A stretch of DNA of 64,000 nt, taken from contig OZ243927.1 of the NCBI GenBank assembly GCA_965213925.1, forward strand, positions 3,328,001-3,392,000, in the 5' to 3' direction. The position numbers and the translations under genes were made by a program. Under the pieces are notes generated by a model. It worked only from the letters and a program-made list of their open reading frames with translations. It did no database searches and was not told where the DNA came from. Numbering within the stretch: position 1 is the first letter of the stretch; each line of letters starts with the position of its first letter. Positions 1 to 11,389 of this stretch are shown here, one piece after another. The stretch comes from Trueperaceae bacterium. Lineage in GTDB: Bacteria; Deinococcota; Deinococci; Deinococcales; Trueperaceae.

Positions 1-298
1 CAGCGTGACGGACTTGCACGGCGGCTACCCAGCGCTCACCCCTCTGGACTCTCCCGCGCTTCAAGCGGCGAGTCGAGCGCTCAAAGAGGTCTACGACAAG
101 GACCCCATCTACGCCCGCACGGGCGGCACAATTCCGGTAGTCAGCACCTTTCAGCAGCTTCTAGGCGCGGAGGTCGTGTTGGTCGGCTTCGGCTTAGAGA
201 ATGACCGGATGCATTCGCCCAACGAGAAGTTCGACCTGGTCAATTACTACAGAGGTATCGAGACGAGCGCGGCGCTCCTCAAAGCGTTTGCTGATTAG
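1..298 (+). CDS. M20/M25/M40 family metallopeptidase (dipeptidase), C-terminal part; begins before the window
   Basis: GGTIP...GFGL...HSPNEKF C-terminal motifs of M20 peptidases. Confidence 0.85.
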   Translation, partial: SVTDLHGGYPALTPLDSPALQAASRALKEVYDKDPIYARTGGTIPVVSTFQQLLGAEVVLVGFGLENDRMHSPNEKFDLVNYYRGIETSAALLKAFAD

Positions 299-313
299 CG
301 CGTGTATAACGCA

Positions 314-342
314 GTAGAGACGGGTTTGAAACCCGCCTCTAC
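314..342. repeat. GTAG-type REP-like palindrome between convergent genes
   Basis: GTAGAGACGGGTTTGAAACCCGCCTCTAC imperfect palindrome; a related copy lies at 8482-8509. Confidence 0.7.
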
Positions 343-369
343 GCAATTTTTCTGTGGACAGGTTGACAA

Positions 370-1182
370 CTAGTTGAACGCTACGGCGTCTTCGTCGTAC
401 TCCTCGAGTTCTTCTTCGTACTCATATTCTAAGTCGAGGGTTTGCTCGCGCGCGACCGAATAGACGAGGAAGCTAAAGCCTGCTTTGGCGAGCCAGTCCG
501 CGACCATGTAACCGAGCTGCACGCCGACCTCCGTGGAGGAGCCTCCGAGCCCTAAAAAGGGCACCATGTAGATGACCGGGAAAAAGCCCCACGACCCCAA
601 GAGCAAGAGCACCGAGTTGGTGACGAGGCGGCTAGCGTCTTCGTTAAGCTCCGCGAGCGCGTCGTTGAGCATCCCGTAGAGCACCCAGAGGATGTAGAGG
701 AAAGGCAGCGTGCTGATGGTACCCCAAATCACGCGCGTCTGCGTATCAACGGAAATTTCGCCGGGATAACCGAGCGCGATCATGGCGACTGTCGCAACCG
801 TCAAGCGGACGCCGAGCGAGCGCGCTTTCTGCCGAGAGAAGTCGAGCACGTTGACGAGCGAGAGGAGGAGGAGCGGCACGGTGGGGAGCCAGTAGACGTA
901 GCGGTAGAGCGCAAACGGCAAAGCGCCCTCGGTCGGCACGTAGAGCCCCTCTTGGAGCGCGTAGACGCCGCGCCACTGGGTGAAGAGGAAGAGGTAGTGC
1001 AAGGCGGACAACCCGACGATGGTCGCGACCATCCAGAGCGCGGGGCGGTAGGACTCGTCGAGCTTGCGCCGCGACATGACGAAAAAGGCGGCGAGCGAGA
1101 TCATCAGCAGCGCCGTCGCGACGAACGCGACCAGAACGGCCGTGTACTGCGCCGGTGAAAGCGCACTTAAAAAGTTGAGCAT
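370..1182 (-). CDS. Microbial rhodopsin, xanthorhodopsin/Gloeobacter-rhodopsin-like, with atypical helix-C motif (Y-T-S)
   Basis: Seven hydrophobic segments; HY in helix B, RYVYWLPTVPLL, LGYPGE, WGTISTLPF, WGFFP and DWLAK (Schiff-base Lys); ATG at 1182 preceded by a GGAGAA RBS. Confidence 0.9.
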   Translation of the reverse strand: MLNFLSALSPAQYTAVLVAFVATALLMISLAAFFVMSRRKLDESYRPALWMVATIVGLSALHYLFLFTQWRGVYALQEGLYVPTEGALPFALYRYVYWLPTVPLLLLSLVNVLDFSRQKARSLGVRLTVATVAMIALGYPGEISVDTQTRVIWGTISTLPFLYILWVLYGMLNDALAELNEDASRLVTNSVLLLLGSWGFFPVIYMVPFLGLGGSSTEVGVQLGYMVADWLAKAGFSFLVYSVAREQTLDLEYEYEEELEEYDEDAVAFN

Positions 1183-1662
1183 AGTTCTCCTTTGCGGTGA
1201 GACGACGAAACATAACGTCAAAATTTTTTCTGACCGCACTAGAGCCGACGCTCTAAGAACTGTCAGTGACTTGTGTATCGTATGGGAGAGATCACGCCGA
1301 AAGGGTCAGATTTTTCATCTTTTTCAGAATGTGAATACTGGCAGATGTGGCACTCGAGTACCCATCAATTTCCTCGAAAAAAGCGTAAGAAGAGCGTGCC
1401 AGAAAGCATAAATACTTCTTAGCTCACCTTAACAAAAGTACTAGATTTTCGTGACTCCTCGAGTAAAAGAGGGAAAAGTCACATACTTGCAAGTCAGCGT
1501 TAAGCACTTAGGGTTTGGGTCTCGGGGCTCGAGCCTAAAGCCTAACTTCATCGTTCTTTCAGCCATATTCATAAACAGGGGCTTAGGGAAAACGAGGTGG
1601 TATACTTTCTTACAGGTAGTCAATACCTTACATAGCGAAGCGACATCACCTCAGGAGGAACC

Positions 1663-2772
1663 ATGCGCACATTCATCTTAGCTTCTCTTCTTTTAGCCTT
1701 GCCCTTAGCGGCTGCACAAGATTACGTCTTCGGCATCACCTACGACGCGGGCGGCAAGTTCGACGGCTCGTTCAACGAGGGCACGTGGAACGGTCTGCGC
1801 GACGCCGTGACCGACCTGGAGGACGAGGGTCTCCTCATCGACATCTTGGAGTTCGAAGGCACCCCCGACACCGCCGCGCAAGGTCAGCGCCAAATCGCCA
1901 GTCAGGGCGCAGAACTCATCCTCGCGCCGGGCTTTTTGCAAGCGGACGCGGTCGCGGCTGCCTCGCAGGAATTCCCCGAGACGAGCTTTGTCTTAATCGA
2001 CGCCGTCGCGGAGAACCCTAACGTTCGCAGCGTGCTCTTCAAAGAACACGAAGGCAGCTACTTGGTCGGCTACATCGCGGGCTCGCTCACCCAAACGGGT
2101 ACGGTCGGCTTCGTCGGCGGGATGGATATTCCGCTCATCCGCGCCTTCGACTTGGGCTATGAAGAGGGCGTCAAGGCGGCGTGCCCCGAGTGCGAGGTCA
2201 TCTCGAACTACGTCGGCGTGACCCCAGCCGCTTGGAACGACCCAGCGCGCGCCAAGGAACTCGCTACCACGCAGCAGGCGCAGGGCGCGGACATCATCTA
2301 CGCGGCGGCGGGCGCGTCGGGCAACGGCGTGATCGACTTCGTGAACCAGACCATGTGCTTTGAAGGCGGTGCAAACCGCGAGTCGCCGCTCGCGTCACAG
2401 ATAGAAAGCGTCGAAAAGAGCGACGCCTACGCCAGCAACTGCGAGGGTCAAAACCCCCTCTTCTTCATCGGCGTAGACTCGAACCAGAACCCACGCGGCG
2501 ACACCGACGGCAATCCCGAGACCTTGAACCACGGCTTGACGAGTATGCTCAAGCGTGTAGACACGGCTGCGTACAACGCCGCGATGGACGTCGCTAACGG
2601 CGAATTCGAGGGTGGCACGGAGAGCTTAGGTTTAGCCGAGGACGGCGTGGGCTACGCGGTGGACGAGTATAACGGCGCGCTCATCCCCGAGAGCTTAGTC
2701 ACCGAGTTGGAGTCCGTCCGGCAGCAGATTATCGACGGTGAAATTATGGTAACGGACTACCGCGAGCAGTAA
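1663..2772 (+). CDS. BMP family ABC transporter substrate-binding protein (nucleoside-binding type)
   Basis: Signal peptide; GGKFDGSFNE, GFVGGMDIP, IGVDSNQ, TSMLKRVD motifs; AGGAGG RBS. Confidence 0.9.
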   Translation: MRTFILASLLLALPLAAAQDYVFGITYDAGGKFDGSFNEGTWNGLRDAVTDLEDEGLLIDILEFEGTPDTAAQGQRQIASQGAELILAPGFLQADAVAAASQEFPETSFVLIDAVAENPNVRSVLFKEHEGSYLVGYIAGSLTQTGTVGFVGGMDIPLIRAFDLGYEEGVKAACPECEVISNYVGVTPAAWNDPARAKELATTQQAQGADIIYAAAGASGNGVIDFVNQTMCFEGGANRESPLASQIESVEKSDAYASNCEGQNPLFFIGVDSNQNPRGDTDGNPETLNHGLTSMLKRVDTAAYNAAMDVANGEFEGGTESLGLAEDGVGYAVDEYNGALIPESLVTELESVRQQIIDGEIMVTDYREQ

Positions 2773-2795
2773 GCCTCAGCACGAACCGTACAATG

Positions 2796-2822
2796 GGAGC
2801 CTCCGAACTGGGGGCTCCTTTT
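2796..2822 (+). terminator. Intrinsic terminator after the BMP gene
   Basis: GGAGCCTCC-GAACT-GGGGGCTCC hairpin followed by TTTT. Confidence 0.75.
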
Positions 2823-2907
2823 CGTTGTATAAGTTTCGTGTATAGGTTCCGCCGTTGTCGACATCCATGCAGGACGCCGACACAGCTTCGCAGGCTATAA
2901 TTGGTGA

Positions 2908-4911
<2,004 letters not shown>

Positions 4912-4944
4912 ACGCACGCTCGGTTCTCTCAGTCTCTGGAGGTT

Positions 4945-5208
4945 ATGAAGATGGAACTACACGAAGACCTAACGCCTAAACGCTTCAATATCGGTCCGAG
5001 CAGCGCCGCGCCGCTCAGGGTCGCCGCGCTCGCGGTGGGTGCACAGGCGGTGGGCGCGTTCGCCATCAGTCGGCTCGCGGTGCGCCGCCTTAACATGAAA
5101 GAGGCTCGCATTGAAACGCTCGAGCTAGGCGAACTCCGGGTGAGAACGCTTAAAGTAGCGCGCCTCGAAGTGACCGACGACCTCGCCTTGCCGAACGAAG
5201 AGGGCTGA
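4945..5208 (+). CDS. Small hypothetical protein (A/G-rich hydrophobic stretch followed by short repeated beta-like motifs)
   Basis: GGAGG RBS; fills the gap between ligA and glycerate kinase in the same orientation. Confidence 0.6.
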   Translation: MKMELHEDLTPKRFNIGPSSAAPLRVAALAVGAQAVGAFAISRLAVRRLNMKEARIETLELGELRVRTLKVARLEVTDDLALPNEEG

Positions 5209-5212
5209 GCCG

Positions 5213-6472
5213 GTGCGCCCCCTCGAGCTGTTACGCACCGCCTTCGATAAGGCGGTAGACGCCGCGCACCCGGCGACCAACCTCGCGCGACACCTCCCCG
5301 AGTTGCCGAGCGGCCGCCTCGTCGTGGTCGGCGCGGGCAAGGCGGCGTCGGCGATGGCGCAGGCGGTCGAAGCGCACTATCCGCTGGACAGATTGGAGGG
5401 CTTCGTCATCACGCGCTATGGTCACAAGTTGCCCACCGAGCGCATCGAGGTGGTCGAAGCCTCCCACCCCGTGCCCGACGAAGCGGGCTACGAGGCGACG
5501 CAGCGGACCTTGGACCTGCTCGAGACGCTAACCGAAGAGGACCTCGTCATCTGCCTCCTCTCGGGCGGCGGCTCGGCGCTGCTCACCGCGCCCGAGGGCA
5601 TGACTCTGGAGCAAAAAGCCGCGCTGACCCAAGCGCTGCTCCGCTCCGGCGCGACTATCCAAGAGATAAACGCGGTCCGCAAGCACCTCTCGTCGGTCAA
5701 AGGCGGCGGGCTCGCCCGCGCCGCCGCGCCCGCCCGCGTCCACAGCTTCATCCTCTCGGACGTGGTGGGGGACGACCTCTCGAGCATCGCCTCCGGTCCG
5801 ACCAGCCCCGACTGGACGACGTTCGAGGACGCGCTCAAGGTATTGGAGCGTTACGACATCGAAGCGCCCGAAGCGCGGCAACATTTCGAACGAGGGCTCC
5901 GGGGAGAGGCAGAAGAGACGCCAGAACCCGGCTCGGATACGTTCGCGAAGGTGAACAACACCATCATTGCCAGCAATCAGAAGAGCTTGGAGGCGGTCGC
6001 GGACTTCTTCCGGGACGAAGGTGTAGCCGCGCACATCTTGAGCAGCACGGTAGAGGGCGAGGCGCAAGAGGTCGCCAAGATGCACGCGGCGATGGCCCAG
6101 CAAGTCGCCGCTCACGCTCAGCCGTTCGAACGACCCTGCGCGCTCATCAGCGGCGGCGAAACGACGGTGAGCGTCCAGGGAGACGCGGGCAAGGGCGGAC
6201 GCAACAGCGAGTTCGCGCTCTCGCTGGCGCTAGCGCTCAGCGGTTTAGAAAACGTCTACGCGCTCGCCGCGGACACCGACGGCATCGACGGCAGCGAGGA
6301 CAACGCGGGGGTCTTCGTGACGCCGGACCTTCTTAACGGCGCGGAACGAGACGCCAGAGCGTATCTGACCGCCCACGACAGCTATAGCTTTTTCGAAGCG
6401 CAAGAGATGCTCTTGGTGACAGGCGCGACGAATACGAACGTCAACGACTTACGAATTGTGCTTGTGCTTTAA
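5213..6472 (+). CDS. Glycerate 2-kinase (TtuD/MOFRL family)
   Basis: GAGKAA, SHPVPD, LSGGGSAL, SDVVGD, GGETTV, GGRNSE, DTDGIDG, TNVND motifs. Confidence 0.92.
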   Translation: MRPLELLRTAFDKAVDAAHPATNLARHLPELPSGRLVVVGAGKAASAMAQAVEAHYPLDRLEGFVITRYGHKLPTERIEVVEASHPVPDEAGYEATQRTLDLLETLTEEDLVICLLSGGGSALLTAPEGMTLEQKAALTQALLRSGATIQEINAVRKHLSSVKGGGLARAAAPARVHSFILSDVVGDDLSSIASGPTSPDWTTFEDALKVLERYDIEAPEARQHFERGLRGEAEETPEPGSDTFAKVNNTIIASNQKSLEAVADFFRDEGVAAHILSSTVEGEAQEVAKMHAAMAQQVAAHAQPFERPCALISGGETTVSVQGDAGKGGRNSEFALSLALALSGLENVYALAADTDGIDGSEDNAGVFVTPDLLNGAERDARAYLTAHDSYSFFEAQEMLLVTGATNTNVNDLRIVLVL

Positions 6473-6623
6473 TCGTGAAATGCCGCGTAACGGTTACGAT
6501 GTCCGCCTATTTAGACCGGACCCGAGGGTGAATTTACAAGGGTTGTATCAAAAGAAAGGGAGCAGAAGATTTTGCGGAAGTAGCATAAAAGACAGCAATG
6601 AGTACCGAGCAATGAGCAATGAG

Positions 6624-6805
6624 TACACCGTCAACTAAGTTTTGCTACTTATTAGTATGTCACCCTGAGCCGAAGGCGTAAGGGTCTCGTCTCATAATCT
6701 CTGTTAGAGGAGTCAGCAAGGTCAGAGATTCTTACGCTCCACGGAGCCTGCCCTGGTGAGGGTTCCGCTCAGAATGACATGTCTCATCTTTTAGTTGACA
6801 GTGTA
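6624..6805. mobile_element. Non-autonomous MITE-like element, copy 1, inserted into a GCAATGA-repeat palindrome
   Basis: 15-bp terminal inverted repeats TACACCGTCAACTAA / TTAGTTGACAGTGTA (14/15), ATGAG direct repeat on both flanks, internal sequence shared with 13928-14142. Confidence 0.7.
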
Positions 6806-7280
6806 ATGAGTCTAAAGATTTTTACTCATTGCTCATTGCTTTCAACTCATTGCTCTTTACAGAAAATAGCGTGCAGTAACAGAACAAAGTGACTCCAAGT
6901 AGCACAAATAAGGAAACACCCTCTACCTTTTCTCGCTCTGTGGGTTCTTCCGCACCAAACTGAATAGTGGGACAGATACGCGCTCGAGCCTCTAGTGGTA
7001 AAGGGTGTCTCGCTGTGAGGATTGATCTTGATCCTTATCTATAAAAGGTCCTCCTTATCGCTAACTTGAGGCTAGTGTAACCCTTTAGGTACAACTAATG
7101 AAGGGTGACAAGTCCTAATTGGCAGGCGCGCGTCGTGCTATAGTTATAAGTTGGGGCTGAAAACTTATAATCTTATGGCAAGTTGCGACTTGCATATCAG
7201 GGTTTCAGATGGAGAACTCGAGCCTCGCATTCTAGGCAACTTCATAGTTTCGCGCCGCTCTCTAACCTTAGAGTAGCGGC

Positions 7281-7931
7281 ATGAACGTTTTTTTCAGGAT
7301 CAAGCCAGCAAGCCAACTAGCCACGCTTCTTACCATCCTTTTACTCTCCCTTGGGATACTCGCAAGTTGCGGACCCGTTAATCAAAATAACAGTGCGACA
7401 GACGGCGAGACGGCGACGGTAGATGGCGACGTCGAGGAGGGTGCAAGCGGCGAACCCGTTTTTGAGGCGAACGACAGCGACAACGACAGCATGATGAGAG
7501 ACGCCACCCAGAACGAGAACAGGGGCACCTCGGCGGAGAGCGATATCGCTTCGGGCGCGAACGCAGCGGACGTGAACGTCAGCATGACGGCGGACGGCAA
7601 CGAGGCGTGGGTCGTGACGAACGTCGAAAACGCGCCGAACCTCGCCGAAGAAGACACACCTAACCCGACGATGACCCTGACGACGGGGCAGCGCTACCGC
7701 TTCAACAACCCGCTCTACGACACGCACGTTCTACAGTTTCGCAACGGCTCGGGCGATGTTTTAGTCGGTCAGGGCTCTTCGGGCGGGTCCTTCGCGGACG
7801 ACGAAGAGGTCGATGCGGTGATTAGCGACAACGCCGTTACCTTTACCCTCACCGAAGCTTTAGCGCAAGAACTCGCGGACTACTACTGCGCGGCGCACCA
7901 GGGCATGACGGGCGCGGTGCAAATTCAGTGA
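7281..7931 (+). CDS. Lipoprotein with C-terminal cupredoxin-like (type-1 copper) domain
   Basis: Lipobox LASC; acidic linker; His upstream of YYCAAHQGM copper-ligand pattern. Confidence 0.7.
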   Translation: MNVFFRIKPASQLATLLTILLLSLGILASCGPVNQNNSATDGETATVDGDVEEGASGEPVFEANDSDNDSMMRDATQNENRGTSAESDIASGANAADVNVSMTADGNEAWVVTNVENAPNLAEEDTPNPTMTLTTGQRYRFNNPLYDTHVLQFRNGSGDVLVGQGSSGGSFADDEEVDAVISDNAVTFTLTEALAQELADYYCAAHQGMTGAVQIQ

Positions 7932-8011
7932 CGGCGCGCGTCTGGAATACCTTAACATCAGGACAAAAAGCCCTTGCCGTCCGGTGTGCGTCCGCGCTTA
8001 TAATGAGCCTT

Positions 8012-8290
8012 ATGAAACTAACCGGACGTTTCCTCGGTCTCACGCTGCTTTTAAGCCTCGCCCTCGTTCTCAGCGGGTGCGGACCCGACACGCAGCAAGG
8101 ACCCACCACCGACTCGTCTCTCAACGTGGACTACGTCGGCGTCGGCAACATCGTGCCGCCCGAAGATTTGCGCAGCGACACGCCCGACGTGTTCGCCGCC
8201 AAAAACCGCGTGCCGCACCAATACAAAGACCTCAACCCGTACAATTTCTTCGCGGTCTTCAACAACCTCAATCCGGGACTGAACCGGTAG
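8012..8290 (+). CDS. Small lipoprotein, hypothetical (probably leaderless)
   Basis: MKLTGRF...LSGC lipobox; TTGCCG and TATAAT (7999-8004) immediately upstream of the ATG. Confidence 0.65.
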   Translation: MKLTGRFLGLTLLLSLALVLSGCGPDTQQGPTTDSSLNVDYVGVGNIVPPEDLRSDTPDVFAAKNRVPHQYKDLNPYNFFAVFNNLNPGLNR

Positions 8291-8306
8291 TAGACCTGAT
8301 TTTTTG

Positions 8307-8337
8307 GAAGAGGCTCGAGTTTGACTCGAGCCTCTTC
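8307..8337 (+). terminator. Hairpin/terminator
   Basis: GAAGAGGCTCGAGT-TTG-ACTCGAGCCTCTTC perfect 14-bp stem. Confidence 0.65.
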
Positions 8338-8481
8338 TTATTAGTCGAACCTCCAAGCTCTACTTTCCAGATTTTAGCAAGTCCCTGTTACAGCAACTTT
8401 CGGACCTGCAAATAGTGCTCAACCTCTTTGAACGCACAACTATCTTTCTCGGCAAGAGAGTGTGTGACATAGACGAAATGG

Positions 8482-8509
8482 GTGGGGCAGGTTTGAAACC
8501 TGCCCCTAC
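8482..8509. repeat. GTAG-type REP-like palindrome, second copy
   Basis: GTGGGGCAGGTTTGAAACCTGCCCCTAC, same GGTTTGAAACC core as 314-342. Confidence 0.7.
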
Positions 8510-8651
8510 ACCATTTGCCTCTTTCTATGACGTTTCCAGCGTGGTCTACCAACAGCTACAAAGGTGACGTAAGGCTCCTTGCTATACTCAGCCTTATGAC
8601 ATACCTCTTGAGTCACATCGGGATAGGGCGGGGTCGGGGCTCTTCCCTATC

Positions 8652-10061
8652 ATGAACCTCTTTATCATCTTCGCCGTTATCGTGCTGCTGCTCGCCGCCA
8701 ACGCGCTCTACGTCGCGGCGGAGTTCGCGGCGGTCAGCGCGCGGCGCACGCGGATTCAAGAGCGCGCCGCTGAAGGCAGCCGCGTCGCAAAGTCGCTCTT
8801 AGGCGTCCTGGAAAATAGGGAGGAACTCGACCGCTACATCGCGGCGTGTCAGATAGGGATCACCTTGTCGAGCCTCGTCATCGGCTTTTATGGTCAGGCG
8901 CAGTTAGGACCCTATCTGAGCCCGCTCTTCGTGAACTTCGGCGGCTTGCAAGAGGCGGCGGCGTATTCGGTTTCAGCCATCGTCGTGCTGCTCCTCCTCA
9001 CGACCTTTCAGGTGATCTTAGGCGAACTCATGCCCAAATCCGTCGCGGTGCGCTATCCCGAACGTTTGGCGCTCATCACCACGCCGCCTATGCGCGTGTC
9101 GCTCTGGATTTTGCGCCCCTTTATCTGGCTCCTAAACGGCTCGGCGCTGGCGCTCCTCAAGTCGTTTGGCGCTGAGACGTCGCTCGAGGAGGGGCACGTC
9201 CACTCGCCCGAGGAGTTGGAACGGCTCGTCAAGGAGAGCGCGCAAGGCGGGCTCATCGACGCAGGCGAAAGGGAGATGTTAGAGAACGTCCTGCGCATCG
9301 AAACCCTCGTGGCGCGGCAGATCATGATTCCGCGCACGCGCATGGTGGTGGCGTCCGTAGAGGATGCGCCGTCAGACCTCTTGGTAAAGCTCGTGGACTC
9401 CCCGCACATGCGCTTTCCGGCGGTCGAGGACAACGTGGACAAGGTCGTCGGCATGATCCACCTGCGCGACCTCTTCGCGTTTTCGCAAGATAACCCGAGG
9501 GGCGACCTTAAAGAGATCGTCCGCGAGTTGCCGCTCTTCCCCGAATCCATCACCGTGAGCGACCTCTGGGACGCGCTCCGACTTGAGGGGCGTTACATGG
9601 CGGTCCTGTTCGACGAGCACGGCGGTACGGCGGGGCTCGTGACCTTGGAGGACATCATCGAAGAGGTCGTGGGCGAGCTGCAAGACGAGTTCGACCAGGA
9701 GACCGAAGCGGTGCGCTACGCGGACGACGGGCGCGTCTATCTGCGCGGCGACTTGCTCGTCGGGGCGGTGAACGACAGGCTGCTCTTAAATTTACCGACC
9801 AGTGAAGCGGATACGATAGGCGGACTCGTTGTAGAGCGGCTCGAGCACGTCCCCCGACAGGGCGAAGAGGTGCGCGTGGGCGGCGTCTCCCTCCGCGCCG
9901 AAAAGGTGGAAGAACGCGCCGTAACCGAGGTGAGTTTGGCGACGCCGACGGAGACGGACCCACTAAGTAAACAGGATGGGCAAACTGACGTCAAGGTGGT
10001 TGACGGCACATCTCCTGAGCCAGCAGCGGACGAGACAACCGAGCAGAAGGTACAGACATGA
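8652..10061 (+). CDS. Hemolysin-family CNNM (DUF21)-CBS-CorC protein
   Basis: NALYVAAEFA, CQIGIT, GELMPK, CBS pair, DEHGGTAGLVTLED, CorC-type C-terminus. Confidence 0.92.
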   Translation: MNLFIIFAVIVLLLAANALYVAAEFAAVSARRTRIQERAAEGSRVAKSLLGVLENREELDRYIAACQIGITLSSLVIGFYGQAQLGPYLSPLFVNFGGLQEAAAYSVSAIVVLLLLTTFQVILGELMPKSVAVRYPERLALITTPPMRVSLWILRPFIWLLNGSALALLKSFGAETSLEEGHVHSPEELERLVKESAQGGLIDAGEREMLENVLRIETLVARQIMIPRTRMVVASVEDAPSDLLVKLVDSPHMRFPAVEDNVDKVVGMIHLRDLFAFSQDNPRGDLKEIVRELPLFPESITVSDLWDALRLEGRYMAVLFDEHGGTAGLVTLEDIIEEVVGELQDEFDQETEAVRYADDGRVYLRGDLLVGAVNDRLLLNLPTSEADTIGGLVVERLEHVPRQGEEVRVGGVSLRAEKVEERAVTEVSLATPTETDPLSKQDGQTDVKVVDGTSPEPAADETTEQKVQT

Positions 10062-11389
10062 TGAGCGTTCTTCTCCCCATCCTCGTGATCATCGTCCTCA
10101 TTATCTTAAACGGGCTCTTCGTCGCGGCGGAGTTTGCGATCGTGGGCTCGAGGCGCACCCGCGTCGACAAGTACGCCGAAGAGGGCAGCGCGGCGGCGCG
10201 CTACGTGCAGCGCGTGCTCTCGAGCCCCGAGAACCAAGACCGCTACATCGCCATCGCGCAGTTGGGCATCACCTTGGCGAGCATCGGCTTAGGCATGTAC
10301 GGCGAGCAGTCCATCGCGGGCTGGCTCTACGGACCCTTAGAGCAATATGGCGGCTTAGGCTACGCCGCGTCGCACACGGTCGGAACCATCGTTGCGGTAG
10401 CGTTCCTGACCTATTTTCACGTCGTCATCGGTGAGATGATTCCCAAGGCGTTAGCGCTTCAATCGCCGGAAAAGACCTCGTTTCGCGTGGCGAGACCCAT
10501 GCGCATTATGGGAACCGTCTTTCGCCCAGCAGTGTGGGCGCTCAACGGCGCGGGCACGCTGCTCCTCAAAGCGATGCGCATCCCCGAGCCCGACGCGAAA
10601 AGCCGCGTCTACACGCCGCAGGAGCTTGAGCTTGTCGTCAGCGAATCGAGCGAAGCGGGCGCGCTGGAGAGCGAGCAACAAGAACTCATCGCCAACATCT
10701 TCGACTTCAGCGAGCGCGACGTGGGGCAACTCATGACGCCGCGTCCGCGTGTAATCGGGCTACCCGTAGATAGCACCAAAGAGGATTTAGTCGCGCTCAT
10801 CCGCGAGGGTCAGCACAGCCGTTTTCCGGTTTTTGAAGGAGACTTAGACCACATCGTCGGGCTCTTACACATCAAGGACTTTATCCGCCAGCAGACGCAA
10901 GCAGAAACGCAGCCTTTCAATCTGCGCTCGCTCATCCGCCGCGCGCCGCGCGTGCCCGAGGGGATGGCAGCGGAGAATCTGCTCGAGTCCTTCAAACGCC
11001 TTAAAATCCACATGGCGGTGGTGATGGACGAGTTCGGCGGCACGGCGGGCATCGTCACGCTAGAAGACCTCTTGGAAGAGGTCGTCGGCGAGGTGCAAGA
11101 CGAGTTCGATCACGAGACCCCGCCCGTGCAGAGAGTTGATAACAACGTGCTCTTGGTGCGGGGTGACGTACTTTTGGACGACCTCAACGAACATCACGGC
11201 TTCGACCTCTCTTCGGAGACATCAGACACCGTCGCGGGACTTCTGTTAGACGAGTTAGGGCGTCCGCCTGAAGTCGGGGATGAAGCGGAGATACAAGGGG
11301 TTCACTTGGGGGCGGAAGAGGTCGAGGGGTTAGTGATCCGGAAGGTTCGCTTGACGCAGACGAGCGAACAGGTAGAGGAAGTTTCCTAA
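10058..11389 (+). CDS. Hemolysin-family CNNM (DUF21)-CBS-CorC protein, tandem paralog
   Basis: NGLFVAAEFA, QLGIT, GEMIPK, DEFGGTAGIVTLED; ATGA overlap with the previous gene. Confidence 0.92.
   Translation: MMSVLLPILVIIVLIILNGLFVAAEFAIVGSRRTRVDKYAEEGSAAARYVQRVLSSPENQDRYIAIAQLGITLASIGLGMYGEQSIAGWLYGPLEQYGGLGYAASHTVGTIVAVAFLTYFHVVIGEMIPKALALQSPEKTSFRVARPMRIMGTVFRPAVWALNGAGTLLLKAMRIPEPDAKSRVYTPQELELVVSESSEAGALESEQQELIANIFDFSERDVGQLMTPRPRVIGLPVDSTKEDLVALIREGQHSRFPVFEGDLDHIVGLLHIKDFIRQQTQAETQPFNLRSLIRRAPRVPEGMAAENLLESFKRLKIHMAVVMDEFGGTAGIVTLEDLLEEVVGEVQDEFDHETPPVQRVDNNVLLVRGDVLLDDLNEHHGFDLSSETSDTVAGLLLDELGRPPEVGDEAEIQGVHLGAEEVEGLVIRKVRLTQTSEQVEEVS

Noticed and set aside
1183..1239. N-terminal extensions in the ORF track (rhodopsin to 1239; also 20877, 16142, 29016, 47347, 62182)
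   Set aside because: Downstream starts have RBSs, lipoprotein signals or gene overlaps that fit better
6594..6855. Short GCAATGA repeats as a possible CRISPR array
   Set aside because: The repeats are 7-mers arranged as an inverted pair, with no constant-length repeat-spacer periodicity and no cas genes in the window
8652..11389. Tandem hemolysins as toxins
   Set aside because: The DUF21-CBS-CorC architecture is the CNNM/CorB Mg2+ transport family; the hemolysin label is historical
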